Source: a virus (lineage: Duplodnaviria > Caudoviricetes). Taken from it: a stretch of DNA of 60,330 nt. Under the pieces are notes generated by a model that was not told where the DNA came from, did not search any database, and was given only the letters and a program-made list of their open reading frames with translations. Location: positions 1 through 60,330 of the IMG/VR virus record IMGVR_UViG_3300025120_000051. The stretch is one strand, 5' to 3'. Within the stretch, counting starts at the first letter, position 1. Each line of letters opens with the position of its first letter. Below, piece after piece: positions 44,084-53,720 of the stretch. A program made the position numbers and the translations under genes.

Positions 44084-47000
44084 TTATATGAAACATTGTC
44101 CGTTTACTGTCGTGATTATTCCACTTGAGTTTATAGTGTAAGCTATGTGAGTCGATCCGTTGTAAACAACTATAAAACCTGCTCCCAATGTTGTTGTCAA
44201 CGTAGAGTTTGTATATATTTTGTTATTCACAAACAAATTAGTAGACGTTGGCATTCCATTAAGACCTGCAGTATGCTTGATAGCATAATACGTGGTTGCT
44301 GCAGCTCCACCAACTGCTGCGGTACACACTGAATTTTGTCCAGAACTTGTGGCTACCCACCACGCACTTATATCTTGAACAGCTAAAGGAGTTATATATA
44401 TGGGCTGACCAACACCTGAGCTACTAGACAAATTACCATTATCTACAACACTCCAACCTAAACCTACACTTTGGCTATATATACCATCGCTGTGTGCGCC
44501 AAATATTGAATCAAAGTTAAAACTTGAGCTAGTACCTAGTTTCCAGTTTCCATCAGTAGGCGCGCTATTTATAGTAAAAGAACTAGCATCTACACCTTCT
44601 AAGCTTGCTGTCATTCCAAATCCATTATTGTTGAAGTCTGAAGCCCCGTTAACAGCTGTTAGGTCAGCAAATTTTGGAGTACTAGCAAGCGTGTTGCTAG
44701 GCATTATTAAACCACCCGGGTTTGCAGCTGTTGGAGCTACATTCGTTATAGTCACCGTTAAAGGGTTTGGTGTTGTCCCTGTTACAGCGTTACTTTGCAC
44801 AGCTCTAATAACCAAGTTGTATATATCATTAGAGTTGTTGTTGTAAAACGCGAACAAACTATTTGATTTTAACATCCAATTTCTTTGAATATAAGTTGGT
44901 ACATTTGTTGTTTGATCAGCTGCTGAAAAAGCTTGTATTCTATTAGTACCACCAGTGTCAGTAATGTTAACAACAACAACAGATTTAATAAATGCATTAT
45001 TATTAACACTCGCGGAATGTCCTTGGTAAAACACCACTCTGTACCACCCATTACCATTAAAGTTAGTTGGAAAATCGATTCCTCCAACCTGCCCTGTTGT
45101 TAGTGCGGTTATATATTGCGGTGCTAATCTAAATTTAAACATTCCAGAAGCTCCGTCAAGTAAAGATTGTTGATTTGCTATAGAAGCTGATGATTTAACC
45201 GTAGATATTCTAACATAAGATTTGTCATCTTCAAAAGCAATACTAAATTTATTTAAATCACTACCATCATTAGCGCTATTAGAAACACCTAATATTGAAA
45301 AGCTGGTTATAGTTGGTGAGCTACCGTCATTATATGGTGTAGCTGTTAGCTCGCCTATTTGAGCACCACTTCTTGCTTTTTCTAAAAGTGGAGCATTTAA
45401 TGATGCTACAAAACCACTAGCGCTAAAAGTAGGTGTTATTTGTATGTTTGTTGGGCCATTTGAAGCGTAATCACAATGTTCGTTTAAATCTCTAACCAGT
45501 CCACAGCTAGATGTTTCAAAATAAATATCAAGCTTTGACTCAAAAGGTTTTGTTTCAAAAACAGTTAAACCTTTATCTTTGCTTTTAGGGTAACCAAATG
45601 GCATATCTGAATTTAAATTGTTTGTAGTCCTTATAACATCAGTTCCATTCGCATCAAACTCTCCTAGAACATTTACTGGTTCATTATAAAGGTTTGGTAT
45701 TTCAGCTACTTGAGGATTTTTATTGTGATCCGCTAAAAAGCTATAAACTCTTAGTCTGTCAGGAAAAAGAGATGGAGTAATATTACCACTACTATCAACC
45801 TGTTTAGCGTTTGACAAACTAGATAAACCTTGATCCGTAGCGGAACCTATACTAAGAACCGAAATGTAAGGCTGGTTAATATTATCGTTTATTATTGAAT
45901 CATAGTGATTGCTTGCGTTTGATGTGGTTATTTGTACAACTTTAGGGTATAGTTTTTCTTCTGATGAAGAAACACCATCCCTGTTTTCGTCGCTTGTATT
46001 TAATGATCTAGGTACTTTGTTAATGTTATCGTTTGTTAAAGAGAAAAAACTTCTACTATCAGGACCAGTACTCCATTCACCTTGTATACTCTGTTGCTTA
46101 TAACCAGAAAAGCTTGTTACTTCTGAATTATCAACCGTCCAATTGTTCATAGGGTGAGAAGTGTAGATGTTGTAATAGTCTTGCTCAGACTGCTTAACTA
46201 CTAGTCTCCAAGAGTACCACCCGTTTGGGTTTGTAAGCGAATGTGTTTTATTAGATTCAACTATTCTAGAATCTTTAAACTCTACAGATAACGCTTGACC
46301 ATAAGCAGCATGTTGCGTGCTCCAGCTATATGCGCTACTAAATTTAGCACTTAAATCTTGACCAAGAGCATCAACAGTGTGTGTATCTGATAAATTAGCT
46401 ATTTTATAAGTAGATGGTATAACCGGTGAAGTTCTACCGTATTTATCAACAAGAACCATTCCAACTTTATAAGTTCTTCTTTGTTTTAAATTATGATACT
46501 TGTACTGTTCTCTATTGTGAAAATAGTGACCTATATCATTAGCATCGTAACCTACTTCATTTTCTCCTTTTGGTCCACTAGTAACTATAAATTTAATACC
46601 TTTTTTATTATCTTCATCATTAGGTAAATCATAACCTAAAGTTATATTACCATAAACTAATCTATTTCCAACAACCTCTTGAGCTTTTGCCCTAACAGGA
46701 ACGTTATCACCTACTCTTATCAATTGTCTTTCTGGAAGAACCTTAAAAGCTTCTTTGGCTAAGTAAGTATACTCAACAGTTTGCCTGTAATAATGCCCGC
46801 TAGATTTAGGTTTAACCTTGTATCTACCAAAGGTTAAATCTGTTATATTCACCATGTCAATAATGTCAACTATTTGAATAGACAAAGTTCCAGCTTCTCT
46901 TAATAATATTTCAATATTTTTTATTTTTAACTCATTAATGTAAGAGTTTGCGCTTACGTTACCTGGTGACGTCTCGTGTTCTGTGGGAATACCACCGGTA

Positions 47001-47944
47001 ATAATAGTTGGAATTGGTATACGCATTACGACTTTGTCATAAGCGTTTTTCATTATAGGAACTTTGTTGTGCTGGTAAATGTATTGAGCGCTAGTACTAA
47101 CGATTGGTTCTGGCGCATCAGATTTACCTATTGAGCCAAATTCAATTAAACTACTATTAAGAGGTTTAAATACATGCTGAGTAAAGGGTGATATAATAGA
47201 ATAAGTATCATCGTCGTATTTATATCTATATGCAAATCTAATAAACTTCTCTTGCATATACTCAGATTTAGTGTGTTGAGTATTGTTACTAGGATCTGTT
47301 GTAACTAAAGTGTACGTGTCTCCTAAGTTTGCATTAGACGATGCTTCATTAGACTTATGTAAAAATGGAGGTAAAAAAGGAGCAACCTTAGCCACTGATA
47401 TTTTTTCTTCACAATTATAATACGATGGATCTGTTTTAGCTCTCTCAATGTCTAAGTATCTGGGCTGATTGTAGTTGTCAGTCCAGTATAAAGAGTTTCC
47501 TAAAACGTTTACACCTGTTATATGGTGTGTTGTAGATAAGTTTAGAAAAACACCTGAAGCTAAATAGTGTGTTTGCCCGTTAGACTCTCTCATCACTATT
47601 CTACAATTTTCATCACTACTGGTATTAGCTCTATCCATAGAATTAATATTCGCGTTGGCGTTATTAGAGCTAAAGTTAGTTATAAACCAAAAAATTCTCT
47701 GAGCATCAACATCAGAATACGAGCCAATACAAACGCCATTATCCAAAACACCTGAGCCTAAATCTAAAGTTGCAGAGTTCACAAGCTCGTGACCTCTAAC
47801 ATTTTCAATAGCTCCAACATCAGAATCTTCACTGTTTGTTATAAGTACGTTCTGCGCTTTTCTATATTCTCCTTTAGGTACAAGTCTTTCATCAAGGTCT
47901 AAATTCATCTTACCCTTGATAAACATGTTTTTTAGTTGAGCCAT
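44084..47944 (-). CDS. Tail stabilisation/nozzle protein
   Basis: F.KGKMNLDLDERLVP.GEY..A.N, LYWTDNYNQPR, RFAYRYKY, GNRLVYGN. Confidence 0.7.
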   Translation of the reverse strand: MAQLKNMFIKGKMNLDLDERLVPKGEYRKAQNVLITNSEDSDVGAIENVRGHELVNSATLDLGSGVLDNGVCIGSYSDVDAQRIFWFITNFSSNNANANINSMDRANTSSDENCRIVMRESNGQTHYLASGVFLNLSTTHHITGVNVLGNSLYWTDNYNQPRYLDIERAKTDPSYYNCEEKISVAKVAPFLPPFLHKSNEASSNANLGDTYTLVTTDPSNNTQHTKSEYMQEKFIRFAYRYKYDDDTYSIISPFTQHVFKPLNSSLIEFGSIGKSDAPEPIVSTSAQYIYQHNKVPIMKNAYDKVVMRIPIPTIITGGIPTEHETSPGNVSANSYINELKIKNIEILLREAGTLSIQIVDIIDMVNITDLTFGRYKVKPKSSGHYYRQTVEYTYLAKEAFKVLPERQLIRVGDNVPVRAKAQEVVGNRLVYGNITLGYDLPNDEDNKKGIKFIVTSGPKGENEVGYDANDIGHYFHNREQYKYHNLKQRRTYKVGMVLVDKYGRTSPVIPSTYKIANLSDTHTVDALGQDLSAKFSSAYSWSTQHAAYGQALSVEFKDSRIVESNKTHSLTNPNGWYSWRLVVKQSEQDYYNIYTSHPMNNWTVDNSEVTSFSGYKQQSIQGEWSTGPDSRSFFSLTNDNINKVPRSLNTSDENRDGVSSSEEKLYPKVVQITTSNASNHYDSIINDNINQPYISVLSIGSATDQGLSSLSNAKQVDSSGNITPSLFPDRLRVYSFLADHNKNPQVAEIPNLYNEPVNVLGEFDANGTDVIRTTNNLNSDMPFGYPKSKDKGLTVFETKPFESKLDIYFETSSCGLVRDLNEHCDYASNGPTNIQITPTFSASGFVASLNAPLLEKARSGAQIGELTATPYNDGSSPTITSFSILGVSNSANDGSDLNKFSIAFEDDKSYVRISTVKSSASIANQQSLLDGASGMFKFRLAPQYITALTTGQVGGIDFPTNFNGNGWYRVVFYQGHSASVNNNAFIKSVVVVNITDTGGTNRIQAFSAADQTTNVPTYIQRNWMLKSNSLFAFYNNNSNDIYNLVIRAVQSNAVTGTTPNPLTVTITNVAPTAANPGGLIMPSNTLASTPKFADLTAVNGASDFNNNGFGMTASLEGVDASSFTINSAPTDGNWKLGTSSSFNFDSIFGAHSDGIYSQSVGLGWSVVDNGNLSSSSGVGQPIYITPLAVQDISAWWVATSSGQNSVCTAAVGGAAATTYYAIKHTAGLNGMPTSTNLFVNNKIYTNSTLTTTLGAGFIVVYNGSTHIAYTINSSGIITTVNGQCFI

Positions 47945-47948
47945 TTAA

Positions 47949-49127
47949 TTAGTGTTTTAGATGTTTGGACTTTCCTCTCATAACTTGAGTAAGTTCTCCT
48001 ATTTTTAAATTAGATAATCTAATTTTAGCATTGCGTATCGCTGCTCTTCTTGATTTTCTATACCTGTTTATAACAAACTCAGGAACACCGAGTCTTGTGT
48101 TTAATAGGTTAAAAAGTATACTTTGATATACCGCATCTTCAGCAAACTTATGTATTTTCATTTCATTATCTGTACCTAAACCATCAGATACATACTTCAT
48201 GGTTATTATTTTGTCTTTTAAATTACTACTAAAAGATATTTGACCTCTAGCCTCATCTACAATAAACAAACCATTTTCCTGCATGTTTTCAGGTTCTCCA
48301 CCAAATCTTTGGCCTAAGTTACCTACTCTTTCTGTGTGGTATGTTGTATTTAAAAAATAATCATTATTTTCTAAACTTCCAGACAAATGTGTTGCATCAA
48401 AATTTTCAAACCTTTCACCAGTTATAGGTGTGCCAAGCATCAAGTTTCCTTCAACATCGTACAAGTAATCATAATCTGAATCTTGTAGTATTGCTTGACT
48501 AGGTCTTGATGTGTTTCTTCCTGGGTAAATTATATGTTCAATACCAGCGTTATCAACCCAAGAAACCCTAACATAATTAACATAATCTTGAGGCATTGGT
48601 ATACTTAAACTTGGTGGTATTTCAATTTCTTGTATTTTTTCTAATCTACTAATGTCATAGCTAAATTCTTGTATTGTTCTTTTTGCTTGAAACAAAACTT
48701 CAGATCTTTTAGCGGTATTAACTAGCTTTCCATCACCAACATAACCTATCATAAAGTTTCCTACTATGTTTTTTAAAGAAATATACCTATAGTCGCCTAA
48801 AGTTGAATCATTTAAAAGTAAGTCAATGACAGCACTAGCTGATATTTCACCGTTACTAGTTAAAGCGGTTGTGGAAAAGCCAGCTGTTAAGTGTGTGAAC
48901 ACTAATGTTGCAACACCATTAACAACAGTGTAAGTGTAGTTACTTGCTACTTGTGCTTCACCATTTATATTTATTGTGAAATCATTAGTAGAAGCTGGTG
49001 TGTAAGGAAAGCTGCTTGCTAACGTAAACGAAGATCTAGGTATACTATTACTTGTAGCACCATCAGATCCGTCCCATTGGTACTTACTTTTATAATAATT
49101 TAACGGTGTTGCTTTTATTATTCCCAT
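47949..49127 (-). CDS. Tail ring/adaptor structural protein
   Basis: MPQDYVNYVRVS motif; position after capsid genes. Confidence 0.6.
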   Translation of the reverse strand: MGIIKATPLNYYKSKYQWDGSDGATSNSIPRSSFTLASSFPYTPASTNDFTININGEAQVASNYTYTVVNGVATLVFTHLTAGFSTTALTSNGEISASAVIDLLLNDSTLGDYRYISLKNIVGNFMIGYVGDGKLVNTAKRSEVLFQAKRTIQEFSYDISRLEKIQEIEIPPSLSIPMPQDYVNYVRVSWVDNAGIEHIIYPGRNTSRPSQAILQDSDYDYLYDVEGNLMLGTPITGERFENFDATHLSGSLENNDYFLNTTYHTERVGNLGQRFGGEPENMQENGLFIVDEARGQISFSSNLKDKIITMKYVSDGLGTDNEMKIHKFAEDAVYQSILFNLLNTRLGVPEFVINRYRKSRRAAIRNAKIRLSNLKIGELTQVMRGKSKHLKH

Positions 49128-49130
49128 TTT

Positions 49131-50156
49131 TTATTGTGCTTTTAGTTTTGATTGTGATTGCAAAGCTTGACTAGTTAAAGTAACCAAACCTTGATCTTTT
49201 ATTGTTACCCCTGCTAAGCCAAGTATTGACATTATAAGCACGTTTTCTTCTGAAGGATGTAGCTCAAAGTTTGTTGAACCCAAAGTAGTGGTGTTATATA
49301 AGTCTGCGTTTCTTACGGTTAAAACCATACTGCCAGATGCAGTGTTTGGAATAGCATTAGGTGCTATTATTATTTGTTCACCAACAACAAAGCCACTTCC
49401 AGGTGATGTTACTTCAATTGCAGATATAGTGTTATTGCTAACTGTTACTTTTATAATTGCTTTAGATCCAACACCACTAGATGTTACACCTGCCGTAATA
49501 TCAACTTGTAAAGTGTAGACTTGTGAAGTTGTTATATCAGTTCTGTTTGTAGAAACAATACCCATATCATGTATACCTTGTACTAATCCTGTATCTACAA
49601 ATATTCTTGAATCGTAAGTGTTTGTTCCATATGTTGGATTAACTGTATATCCAAATCTAGGTGCTGTTGGAATTTTAATATAATCGACAGTTAAAGTATC
49701 TGTTAGCGTAGGTTTTACAACTATTAAAGTCTTTCCATCATCAGTTTGAGATTTATAATACACAGGAAATTCTTTTGATGGTTCAGTTAGCGGAGAGGAT
49801 AAAATATATGCTAACTCGTTTTTGTCAATTTCTTCTAATGAAATTGTTTTGTCTAATAAGCTAATGTCTATTAGTTTATAAATATCTGTAGGTAAACCAT
49901 AGTTAATTATAGTTTTAGATTTAGAAAATGCTTCTATTTTTTCTTTTATTCTTTCTGGTAAATCAGCATAACCAGCATTTATTCTACCTAAAGCGTCCAT
50001 TGATAAAAACCTATTATACTCAGCAAAAGCTATTTCCAATAAGTTCATCTGAGCAATTTTAGCGTTTTTATTAAATTCGTCAGGTGTTAAATAACCTCTT
50101 TGCTCTTTGTTTAGTATTGATAAAACTGATTTATATACTGTGTTTACGTTTATCAT
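49131..50156 (-). CDS. Tail ring/adaptor structural protein
   Basis: LNKEQRGYLTPDEFN..AQ N-terminus; inserted ..PGSGF.VG.. beta module. Confidence 0.6.
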   Translation of the reverse strand: MINVNTVYKSVLSILNKEQRGYLTPDEFNKNAKIAQMNLLEIAFAEYNRFLSMDALGRINAGYADLPERIKEKIEAFSKSKTIINYGLPTDIYKLIDISLLDKTISLEEIDKNELAYILSSPLTEPSKEFPVYYKSQTDDGKTLIVVKPTLTDTLTVDYIKIPTAPRFGYTVNPTYGTNTYDSRIFVDTGLVQGIHDMGIVSTNRTDITTSQVYTLQVDITAGVTSSGVGSKAIIKVTVSNNTISAIEVTSPGSGFVVGEQIIIAPNAIPNTASGSMVLTVRNADLYNTTTLGSTNFELHPSEENVLIMSILGLAGVTIKDQGLVTLTSQALQSQSKLKAQ

Positions 50157-50174
50157 AATTTTTTTTTATTATAA

Positions 50175-50201
50175 AGTGGTCACCCCATAGAGATGACCAC
50201 T
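50175..50201 (-). terminator. Hairpin / probable terminator
   Basis: Minus strand AGTGGTCATCTC-tat-GGGGTGACCACT with G:U pairs, followed by TTAT. Confidence 0.6.
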
Positions 50202-50213
50202 CTACAAAATGAT

Positions 50214-50975
50214 TTATTTTAGTTTTTTCTCTATTGAGTTTAAGACTTTTAAACCTTCATCTGTTTTAAACCAAGCAGCTAAAGCAGTGTATGGATGTTC
50301 GTCAAAAGGAACTTCAAATAGTTTTCTTTTTTCTTTACCAGCCATAAACGTTCTATTGTCTTCTGACAGTATTAAAATACCGTTTTCAACAGCTTTTATA
50401 CCTAAGTTTCTTAAATGTACGTTTTCGTCTTTAGTTAACTCTAAGAATAAAACAGGGTTTTCCCTTGCAAATATCAAAGTGTCTCTTCTAAGCTCCTTAG
50501 ATTTCATCTTACTAACCTTAGAACCGATCTCTGCGCGCATAATTGCTTCCATATCATCTACTGACATTTCAGCTGCCGCGTTTAATGCATCTATTTCTAA
50601 CTCAAAAATATTTAAGTCAGCTTCAGCGTCTACTTCGTTATCTACTTCTCTAAAAGTTTTATTTATATCTGGGTGGTACATAGATAAAAATTTTTGTAAA
50701 GTTGTATCTTTTTTCTCAACAAACAAAAATCCATCTCTAAATATAATATGCCCAGGTCTTGTTTTACCTTTCCAGTCTTCGACAAAAGGAGTGTTTTGAT
50801 TAATAGCGTAAGCTATTTCTCTTTGATAACCTTTTTCTTCATCAAAATAGTAAAGGTTTTTTCTTTTCATTATTCTAACTACAGGTCTTGAATCACCTAT
50901 TAGCTCGTATAATCTATCTTTTATCTCCCACTTTGGAGAAACAGGCTTAGCAGCCTTTTCTTTTTTATTTTCCAT
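50214..50975 (-). CDS. Hypothetical protein of the head module
   Basis: 253-aa ORF directly downstream of the capsid gene. Confidence 0.8.
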   Translation of the reverse strand: MENKKEKAAKPVSPKWEIKDRLYELIGDSRPVVRIMKRKNLYYFDEEKGYQREIAYAINQNTPFVEDWKGKTRPGHIIFRDGFLFVEKKDTTLQKFLSMYHPDINKTFREVDNEVDAEADLNIFELEIDALNAAAEMSVDDMEAIMRAEIGSKVSKMKSKELRRDTLIFARENPVLFLELTKDENVHLRNLGIKAVENGILILSEDNRTFMAGKEKRKLFEVPFDEHPYTALAAWFKTDEGLKVLNSIEKKLK

Positions 50976-51012
50976 AATATAATATAATTAAATAGTTAAT
51001 AAGAGTAATAAT

Positions 51013-51037
51013 TACCCCCGTATAAAATACGAGGGTA
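51013..51037 (-). terminator. Hairpin / probable terminator after major capsid gene
   Basis: Minus strand TACCCTCGTAT-ttt-ATACGGGGGTA. Confidence 0.6.
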
Positions 51038-51057
51038 AAAATTACAATAATAATTGA

Positions 51058-52509
51058 TTATCTGAATAACACGAAGTTGTTTGCTCCTTGAGTAACAATA
51101 CATCTTTCAGATAGATAGTGAACTTTCATAGCATCAAGATCAGATGTCGCAGCACCTACAGATCCAGTTGTCCATTTTTTAAGTTTTCTATCATCAGCTT
51201 GAGACGCTCTGTATCTTACGTGTAAGAAAGGACGTCTGATGTTTTTACCCATGTTTTCATCGTAAACAGTTGTAGTCCCAGCAGGTACCATAACTCCTTC
51301 GATTTTTCCAGCAGTAGCTCCATCATTCACTAAGAATCTAGTTGACTTGTTATTTAAGTATTTCCAGTCAGTTTTGTAGAAATCATAAGATGCTCTTCTA
51401 AAACCGTTGAAACCTAAATTAAGCGCCATATCCTCAGAGTTGTTAAACACACCGTAGTTAACACCACCAGCATAGTGTGAATTTACACCAGCTAATAAAT
51501 CATCTACAGCTAAAGCAGCTTCTCTGTTTAAGAACATCATGTTCTCAGAGATACCACCTTGCTTATCTAACTCTTGTAAAAGAATATCAAAATCTTCAAG
51601 ATCATCGTTAGCACCAGACCCAGAATAGTCAAACATACCAGCACTTGCAACAAGGCCTCTGTTTTCTAATGCAGCAAATAAACCTTCAGAACCAGTACCA
51701 GTGATACCAGCACCTACTACGTTTTCAGCTTCCATCATTGACATCTCTAAGTAATCATCAAATCTTTTTTCTGTATCACCTGAAGACTTTAGGTACCATA
51801 AGTAACCTGATTGTCCAGCTTCACCAGAAACTTCAACCCAACCAATCGCAGCCGCGTCAGATCCATTGATCATAAACTCGTCTTTGATTATCATTGGTTT
51901 GTTTTGAAAAGACTTGAATTCAGCTTCAACTCCACCACCAAGACCTAAAGTCCCTTTTTTGAAATCAGAACCGTATACAAAGAATCTAATAACTAAACCT
52001 GATGTACCAGACAATGAAGCGTGGTCAACGAAGTTATCATATCCGTAAGGCTTGATTGTACAAGTAGCTCCATCAGTTGCAGCTACTGTAACTTGTCCTT
52101 TAAGAACAACTACATTAGAAGACTGAGTAACTTGACATACAACCGTTTGTCCAACTCTTACAGACATTGCGATACTAGAACCAGCCTCGTTATCAATATC
52201 TTTAGGAGCTGTTACAGCACCTGTAGTTGGGTTAATTGTAGCTTTGTAAGCTAAGTGTAATCTACCTTGCTCAGACCAAATAACTTGATCAGAAGACATA
52301 GGCATTTCTGCACCGACCATTCCTAAAAATCCACTGATAGATCTGTCTCCATATCTTTCAATTTCTGATTCGTAAAGGTCTGGCAGGTATTGTTGAGCCC
52401 ATCCGCTATTACGGATGTCTAAGTAAGCACTTTCCAGTGTTACTTTGCTCTGAGCAGGAGTAACTAATCCGTTACCTAACGTGCTCGATGTAAAATTTAC
52501 ATTTGCCAT
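51058..52509 (-). CDS. Major capsid protein
   Basis: 483 aa after portal and scaffold; WSEQGRLH, GSEGLFAAL, HYLSERC. Confidence 0.85.
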   Translation of the reverse strand: MANVNFTSSTLGNGLVTPAQSKVTLESAYLDIRNSGWAQQYLPDLYESEIERYGDRSISGFLGMVGAEMPMSSDQVIWSEQGRLHLAYKATINPTTGAVTAPKDIDNEAGSSIAMSVRVGQTVVCQVTQSSNVVVLKGQVTVAATDGATCTIKPYGYDNFVDHASLSGTSGLVIRFFVYGSDFKKGTLGLGGGVEAEFKSFQNKPMIIKDEFMINGSDAAAIGWVEVSGEAGQSGYLWYLKSSGDTEKRFDDYLEMSMMEAENVVGAGITGTGSEGLFAALENRGLVASAGMFDYSGSGANDDLEDFDILLQELDKQGGISENMMFLNREAALAVDDLLAGVNSHYAGGVNYGVFNNSEDMALNLGFNGFRRASYDFYKTDWKYLNNKSTRFLVNDGATAGKIEGVMVPAGTTTVYDENMGKNIRRPFLHVRYRASQADDRKLKKWTTGSVGAATSDLDAMKVHYLSERCIVTQGANNFVLFR

Positions 52510-52530
52510 TTTTAATTAATTTTAAGTTTG

Positions 52531-53694
52531 TTAATAATTTTTAAGTTTAAATTTAAGCTTAGAACTATCGTCACCGCTAATTGCTTTTACTTTTATACCA
52601 CCAAGGTCTACAGTACCATTATCTGTTTTTCTAGCATCCATGTTTATATTTTTGGCTTGACTAGTTAAATTTTTAATACCATCTGCTTTACCTTGCTCAT
52701 AAAAATGATTAGCAATAGCGTCTGCGTTCTTACCTGCAAACAAAGTTTTGTGGTAATCTTTAGCATTTTTTAATTGATAGTTATCATCTATATAAGGTTT
52801 TAACCATGAACTAAATTCACTCTGATCACTTCTAACTGCTTGCATGTCTTTAACATTGTAGCGATATTTCTTGTCTCCAACTTGAAAATCAAAACCTTTG
52901 AAATTTTCGTTAAATACTTTATCAGTTTCGTTGTTAAATACTGTTTTAGCTTGTTGCTGTAGTTCTTTTGCCTGTTCCTGCTCTTTATTATACCTGTCGA
53001 AAAAATCAATAGCTTTTTGTTGTTGTGGAGGTAACTTAGAACCTAACTTAAGCTCTTCGTAATATTTCCCCTTCAAACCTTCTAAATGCTGTTTTGCTTC
53101 AGCGACAGCTTCCTTGTAAGCAAGCTTTTTGCGTTTCACGTCTTTTTCACCATCTTCATCTTCATCATAAGAAAAAGAATCTTCTATTAAAAAATCTAAT
53201 TCTTCTTGATTTAAATGTGGTTTAGTTTTTTGATAGTACTCTTTTAATAAGGTACTATCTTCCAAACTAGAATAATCCGTATTGAGCTTGACGTAATCCT
53301 CAACCGTTCCACCAGTCTCATTCATAAACTCCACGAGTTTTTCAATATTTTCTGGTAGTTCCATTCCTGGAGTTTGTTCTTTTAATTCAGTTTCCTTGCT
53401 TACCTCTTCCTTTGCTTCTTTTGCAGGTTCAGGTTTTTCGTTTGTTACATCTTCAAGGATTACTTCTTCTTTTTCTTCTTTTTGCTTTTCTTCACTTTTT
53501 TCGTTGGAGCTGACTTCTTCCCGTATGCCATTTTCTTCGTTTTTAATGTTAGACAAATTTACTTTGTAATCACCATCTTCGTTTTTTGGTGTTTTAGGTT
53601 TTTCTTCTTTTTTAGGTTCCTCAACCTTCTCTACAGTTTGTTCAACTGTATCTTGTGTAGTTTCTTCAACTACGTTTTCATTTTTTTCTTCCAT
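52531..53694 (-). CDS. Capsid scaffolding protein
   Basis: E/K-rich N-terminus, helical body, AxHFYEQGKAD; between portal and capsid genes. Confidence 0.75.
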   Translation of the reverse strand: MEEKNENVVEETTQDTVEQTVEKVEEPKKEEKPKTPKNEDGDYKVNLSNIKNEENGIREEVSSNEKSEEKQKEEKEEVILEDVTNEKPEPAKEAKEEVSKETELKEQTPGMELPENIEKLVEFMNETGGTVEDYVKLNTDYSSLEDSTLLKEYYQKTKPHLNQEELDFLIEDSFSYDEDEDGEKDVKRKKLAYKEAVAEAKQHLEGLKGKYYEELKLGSKLPPQQQKAIDFFDRYNKEQEQAKELQQQAKTVFNNETDKVFNENFKGFDFQVGDKKYRYNVKDMQAVRSDQSEFSSWLKPYIDDNYQLKNAKDYHKTLFAGKNADAIANHFYEQGKADGIKNLTSQAKNINMDARKTDNGTVDLGGIKVKAISGDDSSKLKFKLKNY

Positions 53695-53720
53695 AATATA
53701 ATATAATTAAATAATTGTTG

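Noticed and set aside
51025-51045. AAATACGA resembling the early promoter
   Set aside because: No GGATAAT 8 nt later; it is one arm of the hairpin after the capsid gene.
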